NCBI RefSeq assembly: GCF_020442045.1
Contig: NZ_JAGRLA010000062.1
Location: 2,878-66,877, forward strand
Length of the DNA: 64,000 nt
Source: Bauldia sp.
GTDB lineage: Bacteria; Pseudomonadota; Alphaproteobacteria; Rhizobiales; Kaistiaceae
Direction: 5' to 3'
Made by a program: the position numbers and the translations under genes. This document shows, piece after piece, positions 27,236 through 35,179 of the stretch; the first letter of the stretch is position 1; every line of letters starts with the position of its first letter. The notes beneath the pieces are model-generated. The model was not told the origin of the DNA. It saw only the letters and a program-made list of their open reading frames with translations, and searched no databases.

Positions 27236-28212
27236 CCCGGTCGATGGACAAGATCAGCGATTTCGTCTTCCGCAACGCCACCTATCTGATCTTCGCCGGC
27301 GTGCTGATCTACTACGGCATCCAGGCGCCGTCATTCCTGACCCCGGAAAGCCTCGTCAACATCGTCAAGCAGGCGTCGTTTACCGGCATCGCCGCCGTCG
27401 GAATGACTTTCGTGCTTCTGACCGCCGGCATCGACCTGTCCGTCGGCTCGGTCATGTTCCTCGCGCCGCTGATGGCAGGCTATGTGATGCGCGACCTCGG
27501 CATGCCGGTGCCGGTCGCCGTGGTTGCCGCTGTCCTGACCGGCGTGGTCCTCGGCTCGATCAACGCCATTCTGATCGTTCGCCTGCGTGTCATCCCGTTC
27601 ATCACGACACTGGCGACGCTCTTTCTCTTTCGCGGGTTCGGTACCTGGCTGACGAGCTCGCAGCAGTTCGACTTTCCGGATGAAATCCGCGCCTTCGGCC
27701 TTTCCGGTGTGTTCGGCATTCCGACGCCGATCATCGTCTTCACGGCCGTCGCATTGGTGGCGCATCTTGTCCTGGCGCATACGGAATTCGGCCGCCAGGT
27801 ATATGCGTTCGGCAATTCTCCGGAAGGCGCGCGGAAGGCGGGGCTCAAGGTTGGCTGGATCCAGGCGCGGGTCTACATCATCTGCTCGGCCTGTGCGGCG
27901 CTTTCGGGCTTCATGCTGATCGCCCAGATCGGCCGACTCGATGCCGCTTTCGGCGAAGGGGCCGAATTCGACGTGATCGCCGCCGCCGTGCTCGGCGGCG
28001 CGAGCCTGTTCGGTGGCATCGGCTCCGCCTTCGGGGCGGTGATCGGCGCGACACTCATCCAAACGGTAAAGCTCGGCCTGGTTTTCACAGGCGTCAACCT
28101 GTATCTGCAGCCAATCATTCAGGGCGTTATCATCTTCATCGCGGTCCTCGTTGACGGCATGCGCGAGAAGCAGGTCCTGGCGAAGATGAAACGAACGATC
28201 CGTCCATTGTAG
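27232..28212 (+). CDS. Sugar ABC transporter permease
   Basis: GIDLSVG, IPFITTLA, FGRQVYAFGNS and LGGASLFGG. Confidence 0.9.
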   Translation: MTRSMDKISDFVFRNATYLIFAGVLIYYGIQAPSFLTPESLVNIVKQASFTGIAAVGMTFVLLTAGIDLSVGSVMFLAPLMAGYVMRDLGMPVPVAVVAAVLTGVVLGSINAILIVRLRVIPFITTLATLFLFRGFGTWLTSSQQFDFPDEIRAFGLSGVFGIPTPIIVFTAVALVAHLVLAHTEFGRQVYAFGNSPEGARKAGLKVGWIQARVYIICSACAALSGFMLIAQIGRLDAAFGEGAEFDVIAAAVLGGASLFGGIGSAFGAVIGATLIQTVKLGLVFTGVNLYLQPIIQGVIIFIAVLVDGMREKQVLAKMKRTIRPL

Positions 28213-28362
28213 GATGCCGAGCGGAAATCAGTCTGAGCGAGGGATCCAACGGGGGAAGCGCATCCAGTACCTGGGCCGCGGGATTGCTTCTGACCGGGCC
28301 GTTTGCCAATTGGGCGGCAACTCGCAATATGAAGCCGAACAGGTTTCGAATCGAAGGCACGT

Positions 28363-29103
28363 GTGAAACAGCGCGCACCCGAACAGATCGAGAAGCGACG
28401 CCTCTATCAGGAGGTGATGGAGCGTCTGATCTCCCTCATCAAGGAGGGCGGCCTGCGCCCCGGCGACAGGCTACCGTCGGAGCGCGCGCTCATGGAACGC
28501 TATGGCGTTGGCCGGCCGGCCGTCCGCGAGGCGCTGCAGAACATGGCCAATATCGGCCTGGTCACCCTGACACAGGGCGAAAGGGCGAGTGTCGCGGCGC
28601 CAAGCTTCTCGAACCTGATACAGACCGTGTCGCTCACCACCAAGGGCATTTTGAGACACAGCAGCGAGAGCCTCGATGACCTGAAGGAGGCGCGGCTCCT
28701 GTTTGAATCGCAGATGGTGCGCCTTGCCGTCGAACGCGCAACGGACGAACAGATCATGGTGCTGGAACAACGCCTGAAGGAGCACTCGGGATCCCTCGAC
28801 AACCTCGGTACGTTCTTGCACCACGACATGCTGTTTCATCGCGAGATCGCCGCCATGACCGGCAACTCGATCTTCCCGCATCTGAGCGAGGCGCTGATCG
28901 GGTGGCTCGCCGAGTTCCACCTCGAACTCGTTCGACTTCCGGGCGCCGAGCAGCTGACCCTGTCCGAGCACGCATCGATTTTCGACGCGGTCAAGGCACG
29001 TGACGCCGATGCCGCCGAAGAGGCGATGCGCAATCACCTGACCCGGGCCAACAAGCTTTACCAGCATCTCCTTCCGGAGAGCCTCCCTTCCGATACCGCC
29101 TGA
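28363..29103 (+). CDS. GntR/FadR family regulator (NanR-like, FCD domain)
   Basis: LRPGDRLPSERALMERYGVGRPAVREAL HTH; DMLFHREIA and EHASIFDAV FCD motifs. Confidence 0.9.
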   Translation: MKQRAPEQIEKRRLYQEVMERLISLIKEGGLRPGDRLPSERALMERYGVGRPAVREALQNMANIGLVTLTQGERASVAAPSFSNLIQTVSLTTKGILRHSSESLDDLKEARLLFESQMVRLAVERATDEQIMVLEQRLKEHSGSLDNLGTFLHHDMLFHREIAAMTGNSIFPHLSEALIGWLAEFHLELVRLPGAEQLTLSEHASIFDAVKARDADAAEEAMRNHLTRANKLYQHLLPESLPSDTA

Positions 29104-29186
29104 ACAAGCGCGACCCGAATCGTCGAGCTTCGTCCAGAAGGTCCTGGCGGTCGCTTCCAGGCGCAGCTCCGGCTGATCCGAAAAAC

Positions 29187-29263
29187 TGGTGACCCCGACA
29201 GGATTCGAACCTGTGACCCTCAGATTAGGAATCTGATGCTCTATCCTGCTGAGCTACGGGGCC
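29187..29263 (-). tRNA. tRNA-Arg (anticodon CCT)
   Basis: 77 nt GGCCCCGTAGCTCAGCAGGATAGAGCA-TCAGA-TTCCTAA-TCTGA-GGGTCACAGGTTCGAATCCTGTCGGGGTCACCA with encoded CCA. Confidence 0.96.
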
Positions 29264-29399
29264 CCACCAAGCGAGGACCGGATAGCGCCGGTCCTGTATC
29301 ATCCGCAGTGTAATAGCTTGCCGGGCCGGTGGCGACAACACGCCAGGTTCCGGCGGCGGGAGCGCGGGGACAGGGGTAGCAGGGGGAGCGGACACGCCG

Positions 29400-30236
29400 G
29401 TGGCGGAGCAGGTGGCGGGGTGTGGCATCAAGCGACGGACCGGGCGGCGGGCCCGGGGCCTCGGCCTGGCCGGGCTGCTCGTCGCGGGCGCGATGGCGCC
29501 GGTATCGGCCCTCGCGGCGGAGGGATGTCCGTCGTTGCCGACCGAGAGGCTGGCCGCGGTCGAGGCGATCGATGGCGACACCATCGCGCTGGAGGGTGGC
29601 GGGGTCCTCAAGCTCGCGGGGATCGAGGCGGCCGGCTCGCCGGGATTTGGCGATTCCTTTCAGGCCACCGCGGCTCGCGGCGCGCTCGAATCGCGGATTG
29701 CCGGGCGGGAACTCGGGCTCGTGCCGGTCGGCCCCGCGGCCGATCGCTACGGCCGCCGACATGCCCAGGTATTCCTTCCCGACGGAACCTGGCTGCAGGA
29801 GGCGCTTGTCGGGCTCGGCTGGGCGCGTGTCCATCCGGTCGCGGGGGAGAGGGCCTGCGTCGTGGCCCTTCTGGAGGCGGAAAGACAAGCGCGGGCGGCG
29901 GGACTCGGGGTCTGGTCGGACAGAAGGTCGGGCCCCCGGAGGGCCGATGATCCTTCGCTTTCGCAACGAAGCGGCTTATATGAAGTCGTTGAAGGGCGGG
30001 TGCAGTCGGTCGGGCACGGGTCGTATATGGTATTTCTGGATTTCGGCCGGAACTATCGCCGCGATTTCACGGCCATGATACCCGCGCCGGTCGCCGAGCG
30101 CCTTGCCAATGCCGGAATTCCGTCGGATTCCCTGAAGGGCCGGTATGTTCGGGTGCGCGGCGTGATCGAGGAAAGCGGCGGTCCGGCGATCCGGATCGAT
30201 GATCCGGTCGTGCTGGAGGTTTTGGACGGCAGGTAA
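29400..30236 (+). CDS. Thermonuclease (SNase-like) family protein
   Basis: IDGDT, LAGIEA, DRYGR and C-terminal VRVRGVIEESGGPAI. Start uncertain. Confidence 0.8.
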   Translation: MAEQVAGCGIKRRTGRRARGLGLAGLLVAGAMAPVSALAAEGCPSLPTERLAAVEAIDGDTIALEGGGVLKLAGIEAAGSPGFGDSFQATAARGALESRIAGRELGLVPVGPAADRYGRRHAQVFLPDGTWLQEALVGLGWARVHPVAGERACVVALLEAERQARAAGLGVWSDRRSGPRRADDPSLSQRSGLYEVVEGRVQSVGHGSYMVFLDFGRNYRRDFTAMIPAPVAERLANAGIPSDSLKGRYVRVRGVIEESGGPAIRIDDPVVLEVLDGR

Positions 30237-31714
30237 TGGCGTTGGTGGCGGGATCAGTGTCTCGCGGCGTTCGGGAGCGTCGGAAGCGGCTCGCAACGGC
30301 TTGCGGGCTGATGCTTGCCGCTGCGCTGCTGGCCGGCTGCAATTCGCTGATGAATGCCGGCAGCATCGGGCCCAATGCCGCGATCGTCGGCAAGGACGTG
30401 TCGTCCGGGCCCGAGGAACATGCCCGCATCGTCGCCGCCTATGGCGGCATCTATCACGACGCCAAGCTCGAGCAGAACGTCGCGCGGATCGTCGGGCGGA
30501 TCGTCGCCGCGTCCGACCAGCCCGACCAGCCCTACCGGATCACCATCCTCAACGCGCCGGCGATCAACGCCTTCGCCCTGCCGGGCGGCTATCTCTACGT
30601 GACCCGTGGGCTCCTGACGCTCGCCAACGATTCCTCCGAGGTCGCCGCGGTGCTGGCGCATGAGATGGCGCATGTCACCGCCAACCACGCGATCGAACGC
30701 CAGAACAAGGCCCGTAACGCCGTCATCGTCAGCCGGGTCGTCACCGACGTGCTCGAGGACGACGACGGCCGCCTCGCGCTCGCTTCCAGCCAGCGTTCGC
30801 TGGCGAGCTTCTCGCGCCAGCAGGAGCTCGAGGCCGACGCGATGGGGGTCAAGACGATCGGCCGGGCGGGCTACGATCCCTTCGCCGCGGCGCGCTTCCT
30901 CGCGACGATGGCGGCTTACGCGAATTACCGCTCGGCCTCCGGCCCGACGCTGGAAAAGGCCCCTGATTTCCTCGCCTCGCACCCGTCGACGCCGCAACGG
31001 GTCGAATTCGCGACCAAGGCGGCACGGCAGTTCGGCGCGCCCGGTATCGGCGACCGCGACCGTGACCGCTATCTCGCGGGTATCGACGGCGTCGTCTACG
31101 GCGACGATCCGAGCCAGGGCTATGTGCGCGACCGCACCTTCATCCATCCGACGCTCGGCGTCGGCTTCTCGGTTCCCGACGGCTTCGTCATCGACAATAC
31201 CAGCGACGCGGTGCTCGCCACCGGCGCGGACGGCACAGCGCTCCGCTTCGATGCTGTCGCGCTCGTCAAAGGGGCGGATCTCGGCCAGTACCTCGCGTCC
31301 GGCTGGGTGAACGGGCTCGACGAATCCTCGATCAGGCGATTCTCGGTCAACGGCATGCCGGCCGCCTCGGCCAATGCCAGCGCCAAGGGATGGGAGTTCC
31401 GCATCGCCATCGTCCAGGCCCCGACCGGCGCGACCTACCGCTTCATCTTCGCGAACGAGGAAGCGACGAAGGGGCTGGACCACGCCGCGTCGCTGACGGT
31501 GTCGAGCTTCCAGAAGCTCGACCAGCAGGCGCTTGCCAGGCTTCGGCCGCTCAGCATCAAGATCGTCAAGGCGCGGCCCGGAGACACACAGGCGACGCTC
31601 GCCGCGCAGATGCGCGGCGTGAACCGGCCGCAGGAGCTTTTCCGGGTGCTCAACGACTTCGACCCCGGTGCGCCGGTTCCTGCCGGCACACGCGTCAAGG
31701 TCGTCACCGACTGA
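30236..31714 (+). CDS. M48 family Zn metalloprotease lipoprotein (BepA/YfgC-like)
   Basis: Lipobox LLAGC, NAFALPGG, HEMAH (HExxH), ELEAD and FLASHP. Confidence 0.9.
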   Translation: MALVAGSVSRGVRERRKRLATACGLMLAAALLAGCNSLMNAGSIGPNAAIVGKDVSSGPEEHARIVAAYGGIYHDAKLEQNVARIVGRIVAASDQPDQPYRITILNAPAINAFALPGGYLYVTRGLLTLANDSSEVAAVLAHEMAHVTANHAIERQNKARNAVIVSRVVTDVLEDDDGRLALASSQRSLASFSRQQELEADAMGVKTIGRAGYDPFAAARFLATMAAYANYRSASGPTLEKAPDFLASHPSTPQRVEFATKAARQFGAPGIGDRDRDRYLAGIDGVVYGDDPSQGYVRDRTFIHPTLGVGFSVPDGFVIDNTSDAVLATGADGTALRFDAVALVKGADLGQYLASGWVNGLDESSIRRFSVNGMPAASANASAKGWEFRIAIVQAPTGATYRFIFANEEATKGLDHAASLTVSSFQKLDQQALARLRPLSIKIVKARPGDTQATLAAQMRGVNRPQELFRVLNDFDPGAPVPAGTRVKVVTD

Positions 31715-31754
31715 CCGACGGGCGGAGCAGCCCGCGCCGGAGGCGTGTCCCGAT

Positions 31755-32618
31755 CTATATGAAGGTGGCGCGGTCGGGATTCTCGCGCAGCAGCGCCGTC
31801 CTCAGCTTTTCCAGCGCCCGGTTCTCGATCTGGCGCACACGCTCCTTGGATATGCCGAGGCTTTCGCCCAGGGATTCCAGCGTCGCGCCATCGTCCTGCA
31901 GCCGCCGTTCGCTGACGATCCGCAATTCCCGCTCGTTCAGCACGGTCAGGGCGGACCGCAGCCACTCCATCCGCCGTTCGGTGTCGATGGTGTCGCTCAC
32001 CGTCTCGTCGGGCAGCGGCACGCTGTCGACGAGGAAATCCTGGCGGTCCGAGGTTCCGCCATCGGCTTCGCCAAGCGGCGCGTTGAGCGACGTATCCGGT
32101 CCCGACAGGCGGGAATCCATCACTTCGACATCGTTCTTCGAGACACCGACGGCGCTGGCGATCTCGGCGAAGATCAACTGGCGCGGTCGCGGATCGGCCG
32201 ACTGGGACAGCCGCGCCCGCAGCCGGCGGAGATTGAAGAACAGCGCCTTCTGCGACGAGGAGGTTCCGCCGCGGACGATCGACCAGTTGCGCAGGATGTA
32301 GTCCTGGATCGAGGCGCGGATCCACCAAGTGGCGTAGGTGGAGAAACGAACCTCGCGCTCCGGCTCGAACCGCGCCGCCGCTTCCAGGAGGCCGACATGG
32401 CCCTCCTGGATCATGTCGCTCATCGGCAGGCCGAAATTGCGGAACCGCGCCGCGATGGCGATGACGAGGCGCATATGGGCCTGGGTCAGGCGGTGAAGCG
32501 CGGCCTGGTCCTTCGCTTCCCGCCACTGGACCGCGAGCTCATGCTCTTCCTCGCGCTCCAGATACGGCGCGCGCATCGCCGCCCTGACGAAGTCCTGCGA
32601 TCCGGCTGCCCTGCCCAT
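31755..32618 (-). CDS. rpoH2: RNA polymerase sigma-32 paralogue (RpoH2-like)
   Basis: DMIQEGHVGL, RFSTYATWWI, RpoH box QKALFFNL and ISKERVRQIE; conserved position downstream of carD. Confidence 0.8.
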   Translation of the reverse strand: MGRAAGSQDFVRAAMRAPYLEREEEHELAVQWREAKDQAALHRLTQAHMRLVIAIAARFRNFGLPMSDMIQEGHVGLLEAAARFEPEREVRFSTYATWWIRASIQDYILRNWSIVRGGTSSSQKALFFNLRRLRARLSQSADPRPRQLIFAEIASAVGVSKNDVEVMDSRLSGPDTSLNAPLGEADGGTSDRQDFLVDSVPLPDETVSDTIDTERRMEWLRSALTVLNERELRIVSERRLQDDGATLESLGESLGISKERVRQIENRALEKLRTALLRENPDRATFI

Positions 32619-32730
32619 CGAAATGTCTCTTCCGCGCGACGTGCCAATGAGTCGAGGGAAGCTTAGCGGCTTGCAGGCGATGCCGGTCACACAATGCCGT
32701 GATGGGGGGCAAGCCCTTTTTGCGGTTCAG

Positions 32731-32773
32731 GAAATAGCATTCGGGCGCCGACCGGCCGGCCGACGCCCGAATG
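32731..32773 (-). terminator. Terminator-like hairpin after carD
   Basis: CATTCGGGCG...CGCCCGAATG 10-bp IR followed by CTATTTC on the minus strand. Confidence 0.5.
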
Positions 32774-32797
32774 GAAAAACGGCGGAAAAAGCGGCGA

Positions 32798-33991
32798 TCA
32801 GGCCGCCTTGTCCTGTGCTTCCTCGGCCTCGCCTTCGGGCTTCGCGCCGCGGCGCGGGCTCTTGGCAAGGTTCTGCTCGATCTGGCGGATCGCCTCGGTC
32901 TCCGAGATGCGACTGACCGAGGAAATCTCGCGAGCCATGCGGTCGAGCGCCGCTTCGTAGAGCTGGCGTTCGCTGTAGGACTGCTCGGGCTGGCTCTCGG
33001 ACCGGTAGAGGTCGCGGACCACCTCGGCGATGGCGATCAGATCACCCGAATTGATCTTGGCTTCGTATTCCTGGGCGCGGCGGCTCCACATCGTCCGCTT
33101 GATCCGGGCGCGACCGCGCACGGTTTCGAGCGACTTCTTGACGGTGGCGGCGTCGGCAAGCTTGCGCATGCCGACCGAGGTCGCCTTCGGCACCGGAACA
33201 CGCAGTGTCATCTTGTCCTTGATGAAGCTGATGACGAAGAGGTCGAGCTTGATGCCCGCGACCTCCTGGGTGTCGATGCCCACGATACGGCCAACGCCAT
33301 GTGCCGGATAAACAATATGCTCTCCGGTCTTGAACTCGGAACGCGCGGTTGGCTTCTTCACAGGCATGCTGGTTTCAACTCCATTCTGCGCGGGGAGGCG
33401 CGCTTTTGCGGGAACTGCTTTGCTGTCAGCCGCCGGCGCTGCCGGCGCCGGCTTCGTGACAGCGGCTGCTACGACCGGCCTTGCCGGCGGAGCCTTGATC
33501 TTCTTCGCCGCCACGGTCTTGGCCGTGGCCGCCCTGGCGGCGGGTTTCGCCGAGGATTTCCTAGCCGCCACCGGGGGCTTTGCCGCCTTCACCGCAGGCT
33601 TGCCGCCCTTGGCAGCGGCGACCTTTTTTGCCGTGGCCGGCCTGGCCGCGGGCTTCGGCGCCTTGGTCCTGGCGGAAGATGCGGCCTTGGGAGCCGCCTT
33701 CGCCGGCGCCCTGGCCTTGCCCGTCGCGCCCTTGCGGGCAGCGGCCGGGGCGGTGGTCTTTTTCGCGGCGGTCTTCTTCGCGACCGTCTTCGTGGCCGCT
33801 GTCTTCTTCGCGGCGGGCCTGGCCGTGGTCTTGCCGGCAGGCTTCGCCGTCGTTGCCTTTCGCGCCGCGGACGCCGAGCGCTTCGGCGCGGCCGCCTTGG
33901 ACGATCGCGACGACCCGGCCGGTTTCCTCGCGGTTGCCGCGGCCTGACCCGATGGACTGCCCTTTTTCGCCTTGGACTTGGTCGTCGACAT
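32798..33991 (-). CDS. carD: CarD/CdnL transcription factor with a ~208-aa Lys/Ala-rich N-terminal extension
   Basis: CarD core FKTGEHIVYPAHGVG...MWSRRAQEY...GDLIAIAEVVRDL. Two SD-backed ATGs in frame: 33991 (GGAGG) and 33367 (GGAG). Confidence 0.88.
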   Translation of the reverse strand: MSTTKSKAKKGSPSGQAAATARKPAGSSRSSKAAAPKRSASAARKATTAKPAGKTTARPAAKKTAATKTVAKKTAAKKTTAPAAARKGATGKARAPAKAAPKAASSARTKAPKPAARPATAKKVAAAKGGKPAVKAAKPPVAARKSSAKPAARAATAKTVAAKKIKAPPARPVVAAAVTKPAPAAPAADSKAVPAKARLPAQNGVETSMPVKKPTARSEFKTGEHIVYPAHGVGRIVGIDTQEVAGIKLDLFVISFIKDKMTLRVPVPKATSVGMRKLADAATVKKSLETVRGRARIKRTMWSRRAQEYEAKINSGDLIAIAEVVRDLYRSESQPEQSYSERQLYEAALDRMAREISSVSRISETEAIRQIEQNLAKSPRRGAKPEGEAEEAQDKAA

Positions 33992-34297
33992 GTTACTCAC
34001 GCCTCCACTCGGCACCAGCGCGGACAATCCTGCAACCGCCTTAGCGGCGACACGATCCCTTCCGGCGAAGCACGCCGGTCAAACAGCCGACCGCTGGGGA
34101 TTGGTCAACGCAAACAAGGCGCGCGTTTTGCGCGCAAAGCGCCTGATTACTCCAACAATGAGGGCAATATAGCACAAAATCCGGAAATTTCAATGGTTTA
34201 CCGCAGCCACGGTAAATCAATCCGGGCAATTAGACATTTTCGACCCAAATGAATGCTGCGATGCGCAACAAAGGGGATCGCCGGGGATGCGTTCGGC

Positions 34298-34636
34298 TCA
34301 ATCTCCTTCGCCGGGCTCGGGCGAGAAGTATTTCTCGAACTTGCCCTCGACGCCCTCGAACTCCTTGGCGTCGGCCGGCGCGTCATGGCGCGCGGTGATG
34401 TTCGGCCACTTCGACGCGTAATCCGCGTTGACCGACAACCACTTTTCCACTCCCGGTTCGGTGTCCGGCTTGATCGCGTCAACCGGGCATTCGGGTTCGC
34501 AGACGCCACAATCGATGCATTCGTCGGGATGGATGACCAGCATGTTCTCTCCCTCGTAGAAGCAATCGACGGGGCAGACTTCGACGCAATCCGTGTATTT
34601 GCAGCGGATGCAATTGTCGTTGACGATATAGGTCAC
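34298..34636 (-). CDS. fdxA: 7Fe ferredoxin FdxA
   Basis: [17 protein letters not shown] and [12 protein letters not shown]. Confidence 0.95.
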   Translation of the reverse strand: MTYIVNDNCIRCKYTDCVEVCPVDCFYEGENMLVIHPDECIDCGVCEPECPVDAIKPDTEPGVEKWLSVNADYASKWPNITARHDAPADAKEFEGVEGKFEKYFSPEPGEGD

Positions 34637-34766
34637 CGGGATTCCTCGATTGGCGGGACGTCAGGCGGGAGATCGTGATTTTTCGTGGATTGGGTATCCG
34701 GTTTGGCGGGGGCGCGCAAGAAATGGCGATGCGGCCTCAAGGCGCGGGGCAGCGGCGACATTCCGC

Positions 34767-35165
34767 TCAATCGGCGGTCGGAGGAAAATCGTCGTCAACC
34801 GGCGCGACCGAGAGCAGGCTGTCGAGCTTGCGCCGGTCCCGCTTCGTCGGTCGCGGGCCGATCCTCCGCGCCTCGGACCGGTCGCGCGGCGGCTCGGGCA
34901 GGGTAAGGTCCTCGTAGAGGAGGCGGGCCTCGCTCGCCGGGCCGCGCCGTTCGCCGAGGCCGACGACGCGAAGCACCCGCACCCCGGATCCGAGCCCGAC
35001 CGTCAGGACGTCACCGATCCGGATCGTGCGGCTGGCGCTGGTGTTCTTTTCGCTGTTGACCCTTACGCTGCCGGAAATTGCCAGCTTCTGCGCCGCAGTC
35101 CGGGTCCTCGCGAGGCGGACATACCAGAGCCACTTGTCGATGCGCCGACCCGCTCCGGCCGCCAC
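34767..35165 (-). CDS. S4-domain RNA-binding protein (Hsp15/HslR-like)
   Basis: RIDKWLWYVRLARTRTAA...GDVLT...GRPT-like tail PRPTKRDRR. Confidence 0.85.
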   Translation of the reverse strand: MAAGAGRRIDKWLWYVRLARTRTAAQKLAISGSVRVNSEKNTSASRTIRIGDVLTVGLGSGVRVLRVVGLGERRGPASEARLLYEDLTLPEPPRDRSEARRIGPRPTKRDRRKLDSLLSVAPVDDDFPPTAD

Positions 35166-35179
35166 CGCCGGCGCTCCGC

